Assembly (NCBI GenBank): GCA_028534125.1
Contig: CM052832.1
Location: 13,022,001-13,086,000 of the forward strand
Length of the DNA stretch: 64,000 bases
Direction: 5' to 3'
Source of the DNA: Lama glama
Lineage: Eukaryota
Each line of letters begins with the position of its first letter. Position 1 is the stretch's first letter. Under the pieces are notes generated by a model that searched no databases, was not told the origin of the DNA, and was given only the letters and a program-made list of their open reading frames with translations. Of this stretch, positions 14,310-24,531 are shown piece by piece. The position numbers and the translations under genes were made by a program.

Positions 14310-17300
14310 CCTGCCATGGCTCAATCATCCAAGCCCCTCACTGTGCAGACAGACCAAGCACAGAGGAAGAATGAGACTGCTGTGGCCACATAGCAGCAAG
14401 AGGAGAGGCCTAACAGACCAAACCCAGTGCCACTGGGGCTGCACCCTGACCTAGCCAGGTCACGCTGCCAGATCTCACCAGTCATCCAGCCGCTGCTGCA
14501 GCTCTGGGAGGAAGAACTGTGCATGGAACTGGTAGATGGAGGAGATGTTGGAGAAAATGAGTCTGACCACATCCTCAGGGAAGGCCTTGCTGCTACGGGC
14601 CTCCTTCAGCAGCTCCTGGAAGAACACCTGCAGCCACCGATGGGTCACTGGGCCTGTGGCAGAGAGGGAACCCCCCAAACACCTGCCCGGGGGAGACGAG
14701 CACAGTTCCAGGGGTCTTTGGGGTCCCTCCCCAGATTGCTGAATGCTTCTACTTCCTTAATCTCCCATCACCCTTGCAACAACCTCAAGAAGAGATAGGC
14801 AGGGAAGACTATTCTGTCCACTTTACAGATGGGCAAACTAAAGGCTAGAGGTGCGGGGACTTGGCCAAAGGCTGGCAGGCTGATGAATGTCAGAAATGGG
14901 CCCATCTTGTGTCTGTCAAGGTCTTAGACTTCTCCAGACTCAGGAACCCACTGCTGATGTTCAGTGATTTAGCCCTCTTATCTTGGGGCTCCTTGAGAAA
15001 GTGTGAAGGGCTAATAATGGTGAGGATGTCAGGCGCTGGGATGATAGATGAGGATGCTGTGTATGTATTCTGCTACCTGGGCGGCCAGCCCAGGCACCAA
15101 GGGTGGAATCAGGAGTGGTGCTAATGAGCTAAATCCCGATTTCTGCCCCAACTCCAGCCACTGGGTTAAAGTACTAAGGCTTCCTAGAGTCAAACCCCAG
15201 GTCCTAACTCTCAGTTCCTGTGAGCTGGGTCAGAAGGGAGAGCAGGGGTGGAGTGAGGAGATCCAGGTGCTGGGACAAAGGAGGGGGCATCCTGGCCACT
15301 AGCCTGGTCTAGCAGGTGGAGGCGTGCCACATAGGCCTGCTCTGTCTCCAGCAGCTCCTGGACGATCCTCTTCTCCTCAGGCTCCTGCAGGGGAGTTGAG
15401 GGGAGAAGGAGAAGGAGAGCTTTGGTCTCCTCTGATGGGAGCAGTCTCCAAAAATGCCCCAGTGAAACACACCACCCAGGATTCACACCCTCCTGCAGTG
15501 CATCTGGGCTGGCGCTGTGACTAGCTGAGAGAGAATGGAGCAGAGTGAGGCTGTGCCAGTTCCAGACCAAAGCCTTAGGAGGCCTGGAAGCTTCTGCTTG
15601 TGCTCTCTTGGGAGCATTAACTACCACATCCAGAAGTTAGCTGCTGTGATGAGAGGCCACATGGAGAGGAGAGGCCTTGGGACTACACGGAGAGAGAGGG
15701 GCACAGCTGTGCCAGCGTCCCAGCTCAGCCCGGCTTTTTGGCTGTCCCTGCCCAGGCACCAGGCTTGAGAGATGAGCTATCTTGGGCATTCCCATCTTAG
15801 GCAACATCTGACTGACCCTGTTATGGACTGAATTATGTCCCCAAATTAATCTGTTGAAGCCCTAACCTTCAATGTGATTCTACTTGGAGATAAGGCCTTT
15901 AGTAATTAAGTTAACTGAGGTATAAGGGTGGGGCCCTAATCCATTAAGACTGGTGTCCTTATAAGAAGAGAGGGCTACCAGGAGAACATGAGTACAGAGA
16001 AAAGGTCCTGTGAGGACACAGTGAGAAGATGGCTATCTACAAGACAGGCAGGGAGGCTCACCAGAAACCAACCCTGCCAGCACCTTGTTCTTGGACAGCC
16101 AGTCTCCAGAGCTGTGAGAAACTGTATTTCTGTTGTTTAAGTTACTCAGTCTATGGTATTTTGTCATGGCAGCCCGAGCTGACTAAGGCAAACCCCAAGT
16201 GAGACAATAGAAAAATCATCTAATAGCATTCCAGTCAACCCATGAAACTGTCAGGAATAATAAATTGTATTTGGCCACTACATTTTGGGGTACTTTGTTA
16301 TGTAGCAGTTGATCACCAGTATACACATTAGGTACTACTATGATCACCACCCCCATGTTATAAATCAGGAAACAGACATAAAGGGGTAAAAGGGACTCGC
16401 CCAAAGTCACACAGTTAACCAAAGAGCTGGGACATGAACCCTGGCAGTCTGGCTCCAGGGTGCACAGCATCATGTGGCCTAGCCCTTAAACTCCACAGAC
16501 AAGAAAACTGAAACCCAGGGAAGGGAGGTAACCTGCCCTGGATCAGTCTAAGGGCAGGAATTAGCACCAACCAATATTTTTAGTTGGGATCATTTCCTCC
16601 TCAGGTAGATAAACTGAGGCCACACCTAGGAAAGGTACCAGGTTCCAAGCTGTGTAGCCTTGGACAAATTCCTTAAGCTGTCTGAGTTTCAATTTCCTTA
16701 CCTAAAAGACTCGTACAGTGAGGGGTATGAGAAATAATGCCAGCAATAGGGTGCATAGTAGGTATCTAACCAAAGCCCATTAATGGGGTGGGGAGGGGTG
16801 AATTTAGCTTTCAGCTGATCTCTGGTCACACCTGAGGAAGTGGCTGGGAGGGAATGTGTGGGAACGTGAGCGGAGGGGCCCCCAGCTCCCCACTTCTACC
16901 CCAGCCTTTAGGCACCTGCATCCCTGGGCCGGGGCAGGTCCCAGGCTGGCAAGATTTCCTCCAGGCCCCACTGGACAGCTTGTTCTTCAGGGAGCTCAGG
17001 TATCTCCTGCTGACTGTCCTGGGCCCGGACTCCAGGGTCTCTCCCACAGTGGGCTTCTCCAGTGGCCCTGCAGGTGAGGGAGGCCTGCACCCAGGGCGGT
17101 GATGCTCAGCCTCCAGTCTATGGGCTCTGGGCTCTGCTCCTGGGGACCTGAGGAGAACAGAGCAGACCTGAGGGTTTCCAGTCTGTAGAGTAGGGAGAAG
17201 AATAGCACCTCCCTGGTAGGGATTTGGGGGTGATTAATGCAAATCACAGGTATGCAGTGGCCTCTGAGTGCCTGGCACTCAGGAGTTTACTGAGACCTCC

Positions 17301-19978
17301 ACTTCCTTCCCCAATACCTTTCTTGGAGGGAACTCCAGTCTTCAAAATGAGTCAGCCTAGACTGTTTTGTTCTCTGGGGAACTATATACTTCCCTGTTTA
17401 AAATGCAGTGAGGAACCCCTCCTGCACATAGAGGTTTTTAAGTGCCCTCCCAAATCACCCTTGCCTGTGCACCTCACCCTTGTTTTTAGTCTCTGCAGCA
17501 GGAAAGCCCCTAAAACCCTAGTAACTGATACAACACTCTCAAGGCAGGTGGAGCTGATAAAGCTCAGGCTTATCAGGGGGAGCTATGCCCTCCACATCTC
17601 TAGCAGCGGGAAAAGCCAGTCTAGGATCAGCTTCCCTGTTCCCCTAGGGGTGAGCTTTCACTTTTGTAGTGTAGCTTTGTTAGCCCAGCTACTGGGTCTG
17701 TAGGCCAGTTAAACTCTTTAGATAAGAGAGTCCACCCTCACTGGATATATCCTATGAATTGAGCTGTGCCCCATTCCCTTTGGTGTGGAAAGGTGTGTGA
17801 TGACAGCATAGGGTGGGCACCTTTATGACGAAGGCAGGCTGGGATAGGAACAAAATCTTCAAAACACTGTGAGAAAGTTTTTCATTACTTCCAATTTTGT
17901 AGCTAGGTACAGAGAGGATAAGTAACTTGCAGCAAGGGGGTTGCAGAGGTGGGATTCAGATCAGGCAGGCTACCTTCTGAGCCTGTACCCTTAACTGTCC
18001 CTCCCAGGTGAGTCAAGGAGAAACAGGTGCAGCGAGTCAACATGACCTGCCCGAAGTCACACACCGGTTGGTGGCAGAGAGGATTGGGACCTAGTCCTCT
18101 ATGGCTCCTCACTGGCTCTCCCACCCCTCTCCACTGCCCCAATGCCCAGTTCCTCAACCCATGGAATTAGCTGAGTCTCAGGCTTTCTGTTCTACATTTG
18201 ATTTCAGCTTCTGCATTTCTCTCTAAGTGCCCCAGGCAGCTTCTGTTCCCTCTTTGCCCCTCAGTTTCAGATCAGCTAAGGTGCTGAAAGACCTCACAAG
18301 AAAGCCCAGATTAAGGCAGCTGGCACAGGGCCCTTCACACAGTAAGGGGTGACTCTCACCCTCCTGACAAGGCCTCCTCTGACCCCATTCTGGTCTGAGG
18401 GCTGCCTCCTCCTGCTAGGCATAGCACACATGCTGAGGGTCTCCACTGGGCATGTCTGGCATGTTGGGTGGGGAGGTGCCACCTCCGCACACCCGAGGTG
18501 GGGGGGGGTCCAGGAAGGTGGCGTCTAGAGCTGTCCTCGGTGCTGAACAGAACATGCCAGGCAAAGGCCCCTTGAAGAGGCAGCGTCAGGTCACCTGCTC
18601 AGGAAGCTCCACCTTGAAGCCCACAGGAAACTTTGTCTGCTCTGAGTGTCTTCAGCATAATGCCTAGGCCCCTCCCATGGGGCCTGTTGTCCATGACCTG
18701 GCATCATGGTCATTCCATAAGCTTAGCATCAAAGACAAAAATCCTCTGGGTGGGGATCATTCTTTCAGCTCCTGCATTCACTACAGTTCCTGTGTGATGC
18801 TGTGCTGTGCCACACACACCCTCTCAGGACTGAGATAGCCTTTTGCCTCAATTGGAATAGCCTGAGGGGCATCCCAGCCCCAGAGCTCGCTGGGACAGGC
18901 TGCAGCCTCTGTGGCAAGTGCATGGTAATTCAACTTTTCTCTGAGTCTAATGCTGCCTCACTTACCCTGGATGTTGTTCCCAAGACCCTCCCTAATAAAT
19001 CTCCTGAAGCAAATCTCTACCTCAGAGTCTATTTCCAGAGAACCCTATCTACAACAGTCACAGTCCCTAAAACAGGCCTGGGCTTAAGAAATGCCTGCAG
19101 TGGACTGATGTCACACACAGACACACAATGACCTCCACACATCCGGTTCAGCCTTTTCCCTTCAGATAGAAGCCCCTGCATTGCTCCTTGCCCATGAACT
19201 TAAACTCAAAGCCTCCTCACCTCTCTGTGCCTCCACTTTCTCATCTGTAAGATGGGAATAGAGATGGAACCTATCCCCAGTAGGCTGTTAGACGATTAAG
19301 TGAAATAAGTAACAAATGCACTTAAAATAGTGCCTCCTAGGTAGGGTGACCATACACTGTGGTTTGCTCAAGACGGCCTCAGCCTTTCCTATTGCTCCCT
19401 CCCTCCCACCAAAAAAATGTAATAGCATCCACTTTTAGTTTCAATTGTATCCTGGTTTGAATGATAAATTATATGATCATCGTGCTCATAAGGAGTAAGT
19501 GCTTAGTAAGTATTAGCTATTATTTCTGCTGGAGGGGCAGTGGGTGGAGTTCTGCAGCCCAAACATGGTGTTTGGTCCACCTATGCTCACTCAGAATTAC
19601 ACAAACATCTGGACTCTCCCCACCACATCAACACACACACACTCACCCACACCCAGCTCCTCTCCCATACTCTGAGGAACCCATGACTGAGGGGCGTGGG
19701 CACTGCCCAGACACGAAGAGGTATCCAATACAGGGCCCAGAGAGAGAATTGCTCACTGTGAGGGCCTAAGGTGGCCCCAGCCTGTTCCCTAGCCTGGAGA
19801 CAGACTGGCAGGGCCTGTGCTGCCCAAGGGTCTAGAGGCGGGCAGAGGAGCTAGAGGGAGAAAGCCAGTCGGCCACAGTGACCCTTCCCATCTCCACTGC
19901 CCCGTACCTGCTGTTCTCAAACACAGTCACCAGATTGAACACAGATGCCAGCTTCTCTTCCTTACTTGCCCCCTCCAT
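1192..19978 (-). CDS. FGD2: FYVE, RhoGEF and PH domain-containing protein 2 (Cdc42 GEF), spliced, 3'-partial: 14 coding exons, 1611 nt = 537 codons in window
   Basis: Exons 19908-19978, 16916-17147, 15304-15384, 14479-14627, 13087-13243, 12734-12872, 12168-12226, 11774-11920, 10958-11050, 5432-5511, 5315-5345, 4821-4913, 4067-4198, 1192-1338 join in frame. They encode a DH domain ([10 protein letters not shown]...[14 protein letters not shown]), a PH domain ([10 protein letters not shown]...FNNMLLYC) and a FYVE domain ([28 protein letters not shown]). Neighbours MTCH1 and PI16 match the known gene order. Confidence 0.96.
2485..2870 (-). mobile_element. Old L1M 3'-end fragment
   Basis: AT-rich, resembles L1MB/ME 3'UTR (tttattttgaaaaattt...catttcatttagtt); bounds approximate. 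Confidence 0.55.
4067..4198 (-). CDS. FGD2: FGD2 exon 13 (FYVE N-half)
   Basis: [44 protein letters not shown]; 132 nt. Confidence 0.95.
4821..4913 (-). CDS. FGD2: FGD2 exon 12
   Basis: [31 protein letters not shown]; 93 nt. Confidence 0.92.
5315..5345 (-). CDS. FGD2: FGD2 exon 11 (31-nt small exon)
   Basis: (R)[10 protein letters not shown], includes the conserved PH-domain Trp; cag/gtaac boundaries. Confidence 0.92.
5432..5511 (-). CDS. FGD2: FGD2 exon 10
   Basis: [26 protein letters not shown]; 80 nt. Confidence 0.93.
6319..6371 (+). mobile_element. Very short young L1 3' terminus with A-rich tail
   Basis: cagaaattgacacattgtaactgaccatacttcaattaaaataaataaa resembles artiodactyl L1 3' ends. 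Confidence 0.55.
9272..9825 (-). mobile_element. L1MC/MB-like 3' fragment containing (GTAT)n
   Basis: cagttttaggttcacagcaaaa...catttcacttagtaatatgcatttaag...ccattgtctggatgta. Confidence 0.7.
10556..10725. mobile_element. MER5A-like DNA transposon (hAT-Charlie)
   Basis: ctcaaagtgtggcc...gttagaaaagcaaaatctcagggccc..cagacctactgtatcagaa...aagcactg. Confidence 0.75.
10958..11050 (-). CDS. FGD2: FGD2 exon 9
   Basis: [31 protein letters not shown]; 93 nt. Confidence 0.95.
11774..11920 (-). CDS. FGD2: FGD2 exon 8 (start of PH1)
   Basis: [49 protein letters not shown]; 147 nt. Confidence 0.95.
12168..12226 (-). CDS. FGD2: FGD2 exon 7
   Basis: (K)[19 protein letters not shown]; 59 nt; ag/gt boundaries. 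Confidence 0.92.
12734..12872 (-). CDS. FGD2: FGD2 exon 6
   Basis: [31 protein letters not shown]...; aag acceptor; 139 nt. Confidence 0.93.
13087..13243 (-). CDS. FGD2: FGD2 exon 5
   Basis: [27 protein letters not shown]...TRIQ; 157 nt. Confidence 0.95.
14277..14306. repeat. (CA)15 microsatellite
   Basis: Read directly from the sequence. Confidence 0.95.
14479..14627 (-). CDS. FGD2: FGD2 exon 4
   Basis: [49 protein letters not shown]; ag/gt boundaries; 149 nt. Confidence 0.95.
15304..15384 (-). CDS. FGD2: FGD2 exon 3 (start of DH domain)
   Basis: [27 protein letters not shown]; 81 nt; non-canonical donor CAG|gctagt. Confidence 0.9.
15819..16190 (+). mobile_element. MLT1A/B-like MaLR solo LTR
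   Basis: tgttatggactgaattatgtcccc...gaagccctaacc...ctatggtattttgtcatggcagcccgagctgactaaggca. Confidence 0.8.
16916..17147 (-). CDS. FGD2: FGD2 exon 2
   Basis: cag|G...CAG|gtgcct; 232 nt; encodes [26 protein letters not shown]. Confidence 0.9.
19342..19484. mobile_element. MER94-like hAT-Blackjack element
   Basis: Degenerate terminal inverted repeats tagggtgaccata ... gataaattatatgatcatc. Confidence 0.55.
19908..19978 (-). CDS. FGD2: FGD2 coding exon 1 ([23 protein letters not shown])
   Basis: aggATGG Kozak context; donor AG|gtacgg; 71 nt. Confidence 0.9.
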
Positions 19979-20146
19979 CCTGCAGGCCTCCAGGGTGACC
20001 CTCAGCTACCCTTGAAGAAGGGAGGGAGGTCTCCAGCCAGCACACTCAGCCACATCTGTGATCTGGGATCACAGATGGGCTAAGGCATCCCAGAGTCCCG
20101 TCTTTCCTGAGGGCTCAGCAGGCCTGCTCCCTGCTGCAGAGTGATG

Positions 20147-20158
20147 AAAGAGGAAGTG
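20147..20158 (+). promoter_or_regulatory. PU.1/SPI1-type ETS site in the FGD2 promoter region
   Basis: AAAGAGGAAGTG about 170 bp upstream of the FGD2 ATG; fits the known expression of FGD2 in antigen-presenting cells. Confidence 0.55.
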
Positions 20159-21574
20159 GTCCCAGAGCCACAGCCCTGAAGGGGAAAGGCGGGTGCTCCC
20201 TGCAGAGGGAGGAGCCTGCTGGGGCCCCACCTCTCCCCCATGGGGCTTGACCTTTCACTCCTGTTGACCCACAGCTTCAGAAGCCACCCCAAAAGGGCAA
20301 TGGAGCCCAGAGGTAGTTTCTGGAACTGGGCTTTTGGCCTGAGCCTTGCTACTTGGGCCAACCACACATTCTCACAAGGTCCAGTGTATTTTATTTGATC
20401 CTTTCTCCACAACCTCTTTTCTGATTGTGACCCTGCTCATTGCTGTAAGAAAACAGCTTTTTAAATTAAAAATAAGTACAAATCTATTAGGGGCTGGCAG
20501 GGAGGAGTACTGTGGTGTTCCCACTTCCGCACTGAAGTTCTTTCATTTTAATGGCTGCTGTCTCCACCTTCTTGACTCCCTGAAACTATGATGATAATAA
20601 TAGCTAACACATTCTTTTTAGTGCTTTACAAGTACTTTCTCATTTAATCCCACAACAGTCTTATGAAGTGGGCCTTATTACAATCCCCATTTTACAGAAG
20701 AAAAAACTGTGGATCAGAGAGGCTAGGTAACTTGCCCAAAGTCATCCAGTAAGAACACAACAGAAGTCAGATTTCCAAAGCAAAGGTGACTGCCCTATAA
20801 TTCCAGCAAAGATTTCATTGTGAGCCTGGATGACCACATTCTTGCTGCTCTCTATCCTTAAGCCTCCCTGCTCCTAGCACACTGGGTTGTCTCTGCCTGA
20901 TGCCTCCTTTACCCCTTGGTCTCCCCACCCTTCCAGAACAAATGATCACTGCTTCTATTCCCCTTATTCAAGCCTCACAGGCCCTTCAGGGCTCTCCCAC
21001 TGGCTTCCAGTCTCACTTGCCCTGAGCCAGAGCTCTCTGTTGAGACTGGTCTTTGTTGTGGAGGGTAGAGACTGAGCCTCAGCCATCTTGGTACCGGAAG
21101 TGTCTGGCACAGCTTCACGCTCCAATGCCTGTGAAACACTGGGGCCTCACACGCCCAGCAGACTCACTCTCTCAGAGCTTTGCCTGAGCAGTTTCTTCTA
21201 GCAGATGCCTGGCTTCTCCCCCTCAACCCTAAATCTCACTAATTCTCCTCACTTTCCGTTTTTACTTCTTTTGTTATAGAGAATTTAGAACATACGCAAA
21301 AGGAGACAGAATATGGCACTCTCACAAACCCATAACCCAGACCCAACAACCATCAATTCACGGCTGGCCCTGCTCCATCGACAGCCACATTCACTCCCCT
21401 TCCCATATCATTTTGAAGCAAATCAGGTGATTTCACCCACAAATATTTCAGTGTGTACCTAAAAGATAAAGGTATATATATGTATATACTCACACATATG
21501 ATATATGTAATGGCAATATTACTTTATATGGGCATACAATCATGTTTTACACATGTTACATATGTGTGTGTGTG

Positions 21575-21580
<6 letters not shown>

Positions 21581-21628
<48 letters not shown>
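21581..21628. repeat. (TA)24 microsatellite within an old L1 fragment
   Basis: Read directly from the sequence. Confidence 0.95.
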
Positions 21629-21633
<5 letters not shown>

Positions 21634-21734
21634 CACCATTACCGTTATCATACCCCAAGGGATGTTTAGCAATAATTTTTTAATATAACCAAACAGTCAG
21701 CATTCAAAGTGCCAATTCCTCATAAATGTTATCT

Positions 21735-21890
21735 GCTATGGACTGAACTGTGTTCCCCCCTAAATTCATATATTGAAGCCCTAACCTCCAACATGGCTGT
21801 ATTTGGAAACAGGAGGTAGTTAAAGTTAAATGAGGTCATAAAAGTGGGGTCCTAATCTGATAGGATTGATGGCCTTATAAAAGGAAGAAA
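21735..21890 (+). mobile_element. MLT1-like LTR 5' fragment
   Basis: tgctatggactgaactgtg...gaagccctaacc...ccttataaaaggaag; similar to 15819-15970. Confidence 0.7.
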
Positions 21891-22599
21891 TCCCTCCGTC
21901 CACAACCGCCCACATCCCCACCCCGGCACCCTCCAAGGAAAGGATTCAAATGAGGTCCACATGTTACAATGAGTTGTCCTGTCTATTAACTCTTTTCACT
22001 CACAGATTCACCTTGTTCTTTCTGTTTTCTCACACATGACTGTGAGGACACTGGGTTGCTGGCCCTCCAACTCCCATGGTCAGGACTTTGTTGATTGCAG
22101 CACTGGCCCCTGGATTTCCTGTCCATGGCAGTTAGATCTAGGAGCTTGATTGGATTCATCCTTAAATGCCACTTCTTGGTCCTTCCAGGTCTGGGGAGGC
22201 CTCCCTCTTTGGTGCTCTCCTCCCCTCAACTGCAGTGCCCAGTTTTCTCCTCTGCCTCCCACCAGCCTTGCTTCTCGCCTACAGGTATCACCCAAGGCTC
22301 AGCCCAGGCCTTCTGGTCCCCTCATTTACACACTCCCTTTACCATCCAATTCAGAATCTATCCCAGAGTTCCACAGGCACCTCTTCCTGCCTCCTACCTC
22401 AGCCTGAGGATGCCCAAGACCTTTGGGGCATCACTAGGGGCATGTCCCACCTTCGCTTCCCACTCAACATATAATCTCGAAAGCCAGCACCATTATTGCA
22501 CAGAAGGAATCCCAGATTCCTGGGTGTGCTGTCAAGACCCTCCTGGTTTGGCTCTGATCAACCTTCCCAGCCATTTCTTCCTTATACACACCCAGGTCT

Positions 22600-23120
22600 G
22601 GGTTGTGACCTTGAGTGGTGGCTCTGGGCTGTGTCAGCTGAGCTAAGCTGAACCACAGTTCCAGAATTTCCTTCCCTGCAAGCTGACCATGGTGGCAGGA
22701 GGGGACACCGCAGCCGTATTCACTCCTGCGGTGGGTACAGGGCTCCAGTGCTGTGGCAGTGCACACGTGTTGATGTAGGTCTGTGGGCTTTCTACCAACC
22801 TCCTTCAGTTTTGCTTAGTCCTGAGCCAGGTGTGTGTTTAGCTCTAGGACAAAAGATGCCAACTTCTTCCGCAGGTCACCTGTGTCACTGAAGCTGTTGT
22901 CTTGGTGTGGCTGCCTGTTCATCCTCCAGAATCCCAGCCCTTCCTCACTGGTTCCATTCCTTCTTGTTCCCCCAACTTCACATCCATCTTCCCTTTCCCA
23001 CTGCCTGCCCTGAGGATTTTAGACACAGAAGCATAAATTCTTTAAGCTGCCCCATTGCATATGGTCAATTACCGGTTGTTTTATTGATGGTTGTTCTGCT
23101 TCTCCCATCAAAGCTGACCT
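22600..23120 (-). mobile_element. MLT2-like ERVL LTR
   Basis: gagctaagctgaaccacagttccagaatttccttccctg...ttgttctgcttctc; bounds approximate. Confidence 0.5.
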
Positions 23121-24470
23121 AAATGCCTTGAACCAGTAACTGAACTTCACTTTCCTCATCTATGAAATGGGGATAATTAGAGCACCAACCTCCTGTGGTT
23201 GCTGTGAAGATTAAATGAGATAATAACATGTGTCCGGGCTTAGAGTAAGGCCTGATACAGAGTAGGCGATTAGTGAATGTTGGCTACATTCTTTTGTTGT
23301 TGTTGTTGTTGTTGGCTACATTCTTCTTGCTGACAGAAGACCTTTTCTATGGGTACCCCCTGCCTTGACCAATTAGTTCCTTTTGCCTGGTATGTCTCCA
23401 CCCTGACAACTTCCTATTCACTTCCTCCAGGAAGCCTTCTTGGATATCCACCACTGGAAATTCTTTTCTGTCCTCAGAAACCTGGTGTTCCTGTTTACTT
23501 CGATCTCTTCTGCTCCATTCATTAAGTCATGCATTCTGTTGACAAGTATTTTTTGGAGTACCTACTATGTGTCAGCCTAGTGGTAGAAGTTATGGATTAA
23601 ACACAGCCTTCTTCCCCTTAGCTCACAGTCTAATGAGAAAGATTGGCCTACTAACCACTAAAATACAATGTGGGAAATGCTTTGAACAGAGGAGTTTATG
23701 AGCACCCAAATAAGGAGCACCAGAGTCTGCAGAGAGCAGAGGGTGCTATTAAGGAAGGCTTCCTAGCAGAGGCAGCCTGAAGGATGAAGGATGAAGGATG
23801 AGTTGATTGGCAAGGTAGGAAAAGGCATTCAAAGCAGAATGAAGTGATGTGGGCTTAAGAGAACAGGGTGAGACTAGGAATAAAGGTAGGGAGTCCAGCA
23901 CACTGGGGTTTCCAGGGGCTGGGGATTGGTAGGACATGGGCTGAGGGGCCCCAGGAGCCTGGCCCTGGCAGGCTTTGTCTGCTGAGTTGAGGTGCTTTTG
24001 AGCAAAAAAGGAAACGGTTACAGAATTTTGTTTATGCAGAGGAGGACCTCATCCAATAGTTGTGAACACATCTCCCTCTGATTTGGGGTGTCTCCATTTC
24101 AGGGCTCTTGGGGTCCTTGGCATGGATAAGTCTCATGCTTTCTCTCCTATTCTCTGGTTTCAAGCCTTAAGGTGGTTGGAAAAGCTCAGTTCACTGCAGC
24201 CCAGACAGGGCAAAAGAGGGAGGGAGGAAAGAAGGAAGGGAGGGACGCCCAAACAGGAACTGCAGGGCTGGGCAGTCACATGGCAGGTAGGCTGGCTGGC
24301 TGGCAAGAAAGCGCTGCCCTGGAATGCAAAGAGGGCTTTGTGTGCAGACTTGGGGCACCCAAAGGGCCTCTCACTGGTCCTGTCACTGGAAGTCTTGGGG
24401 CAGGAGAGGGCTTTTGGGGGCTGTCAGGGAGGAAATGTCAACATTTGGGACCTGGATGCTGGGAGAGGGG

Positions 24471-24482
24471 GAGAGAGAGAGC

Positions 24483-24529
<47 letters not shown>
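24471..24529. repeat. Compound (GA)5-(GC)3-AC-(GT)20 microsatellite
   Basis: Read directly from the sequence. Confidence 0.95.

Positions 24530-24531
<2 letters not shown>

Noticed and set aside
22095..22646. 183-aa plus-strand ORF
   Set aside because: TTG start, no homology I recognise, runs into an LTR remnant.
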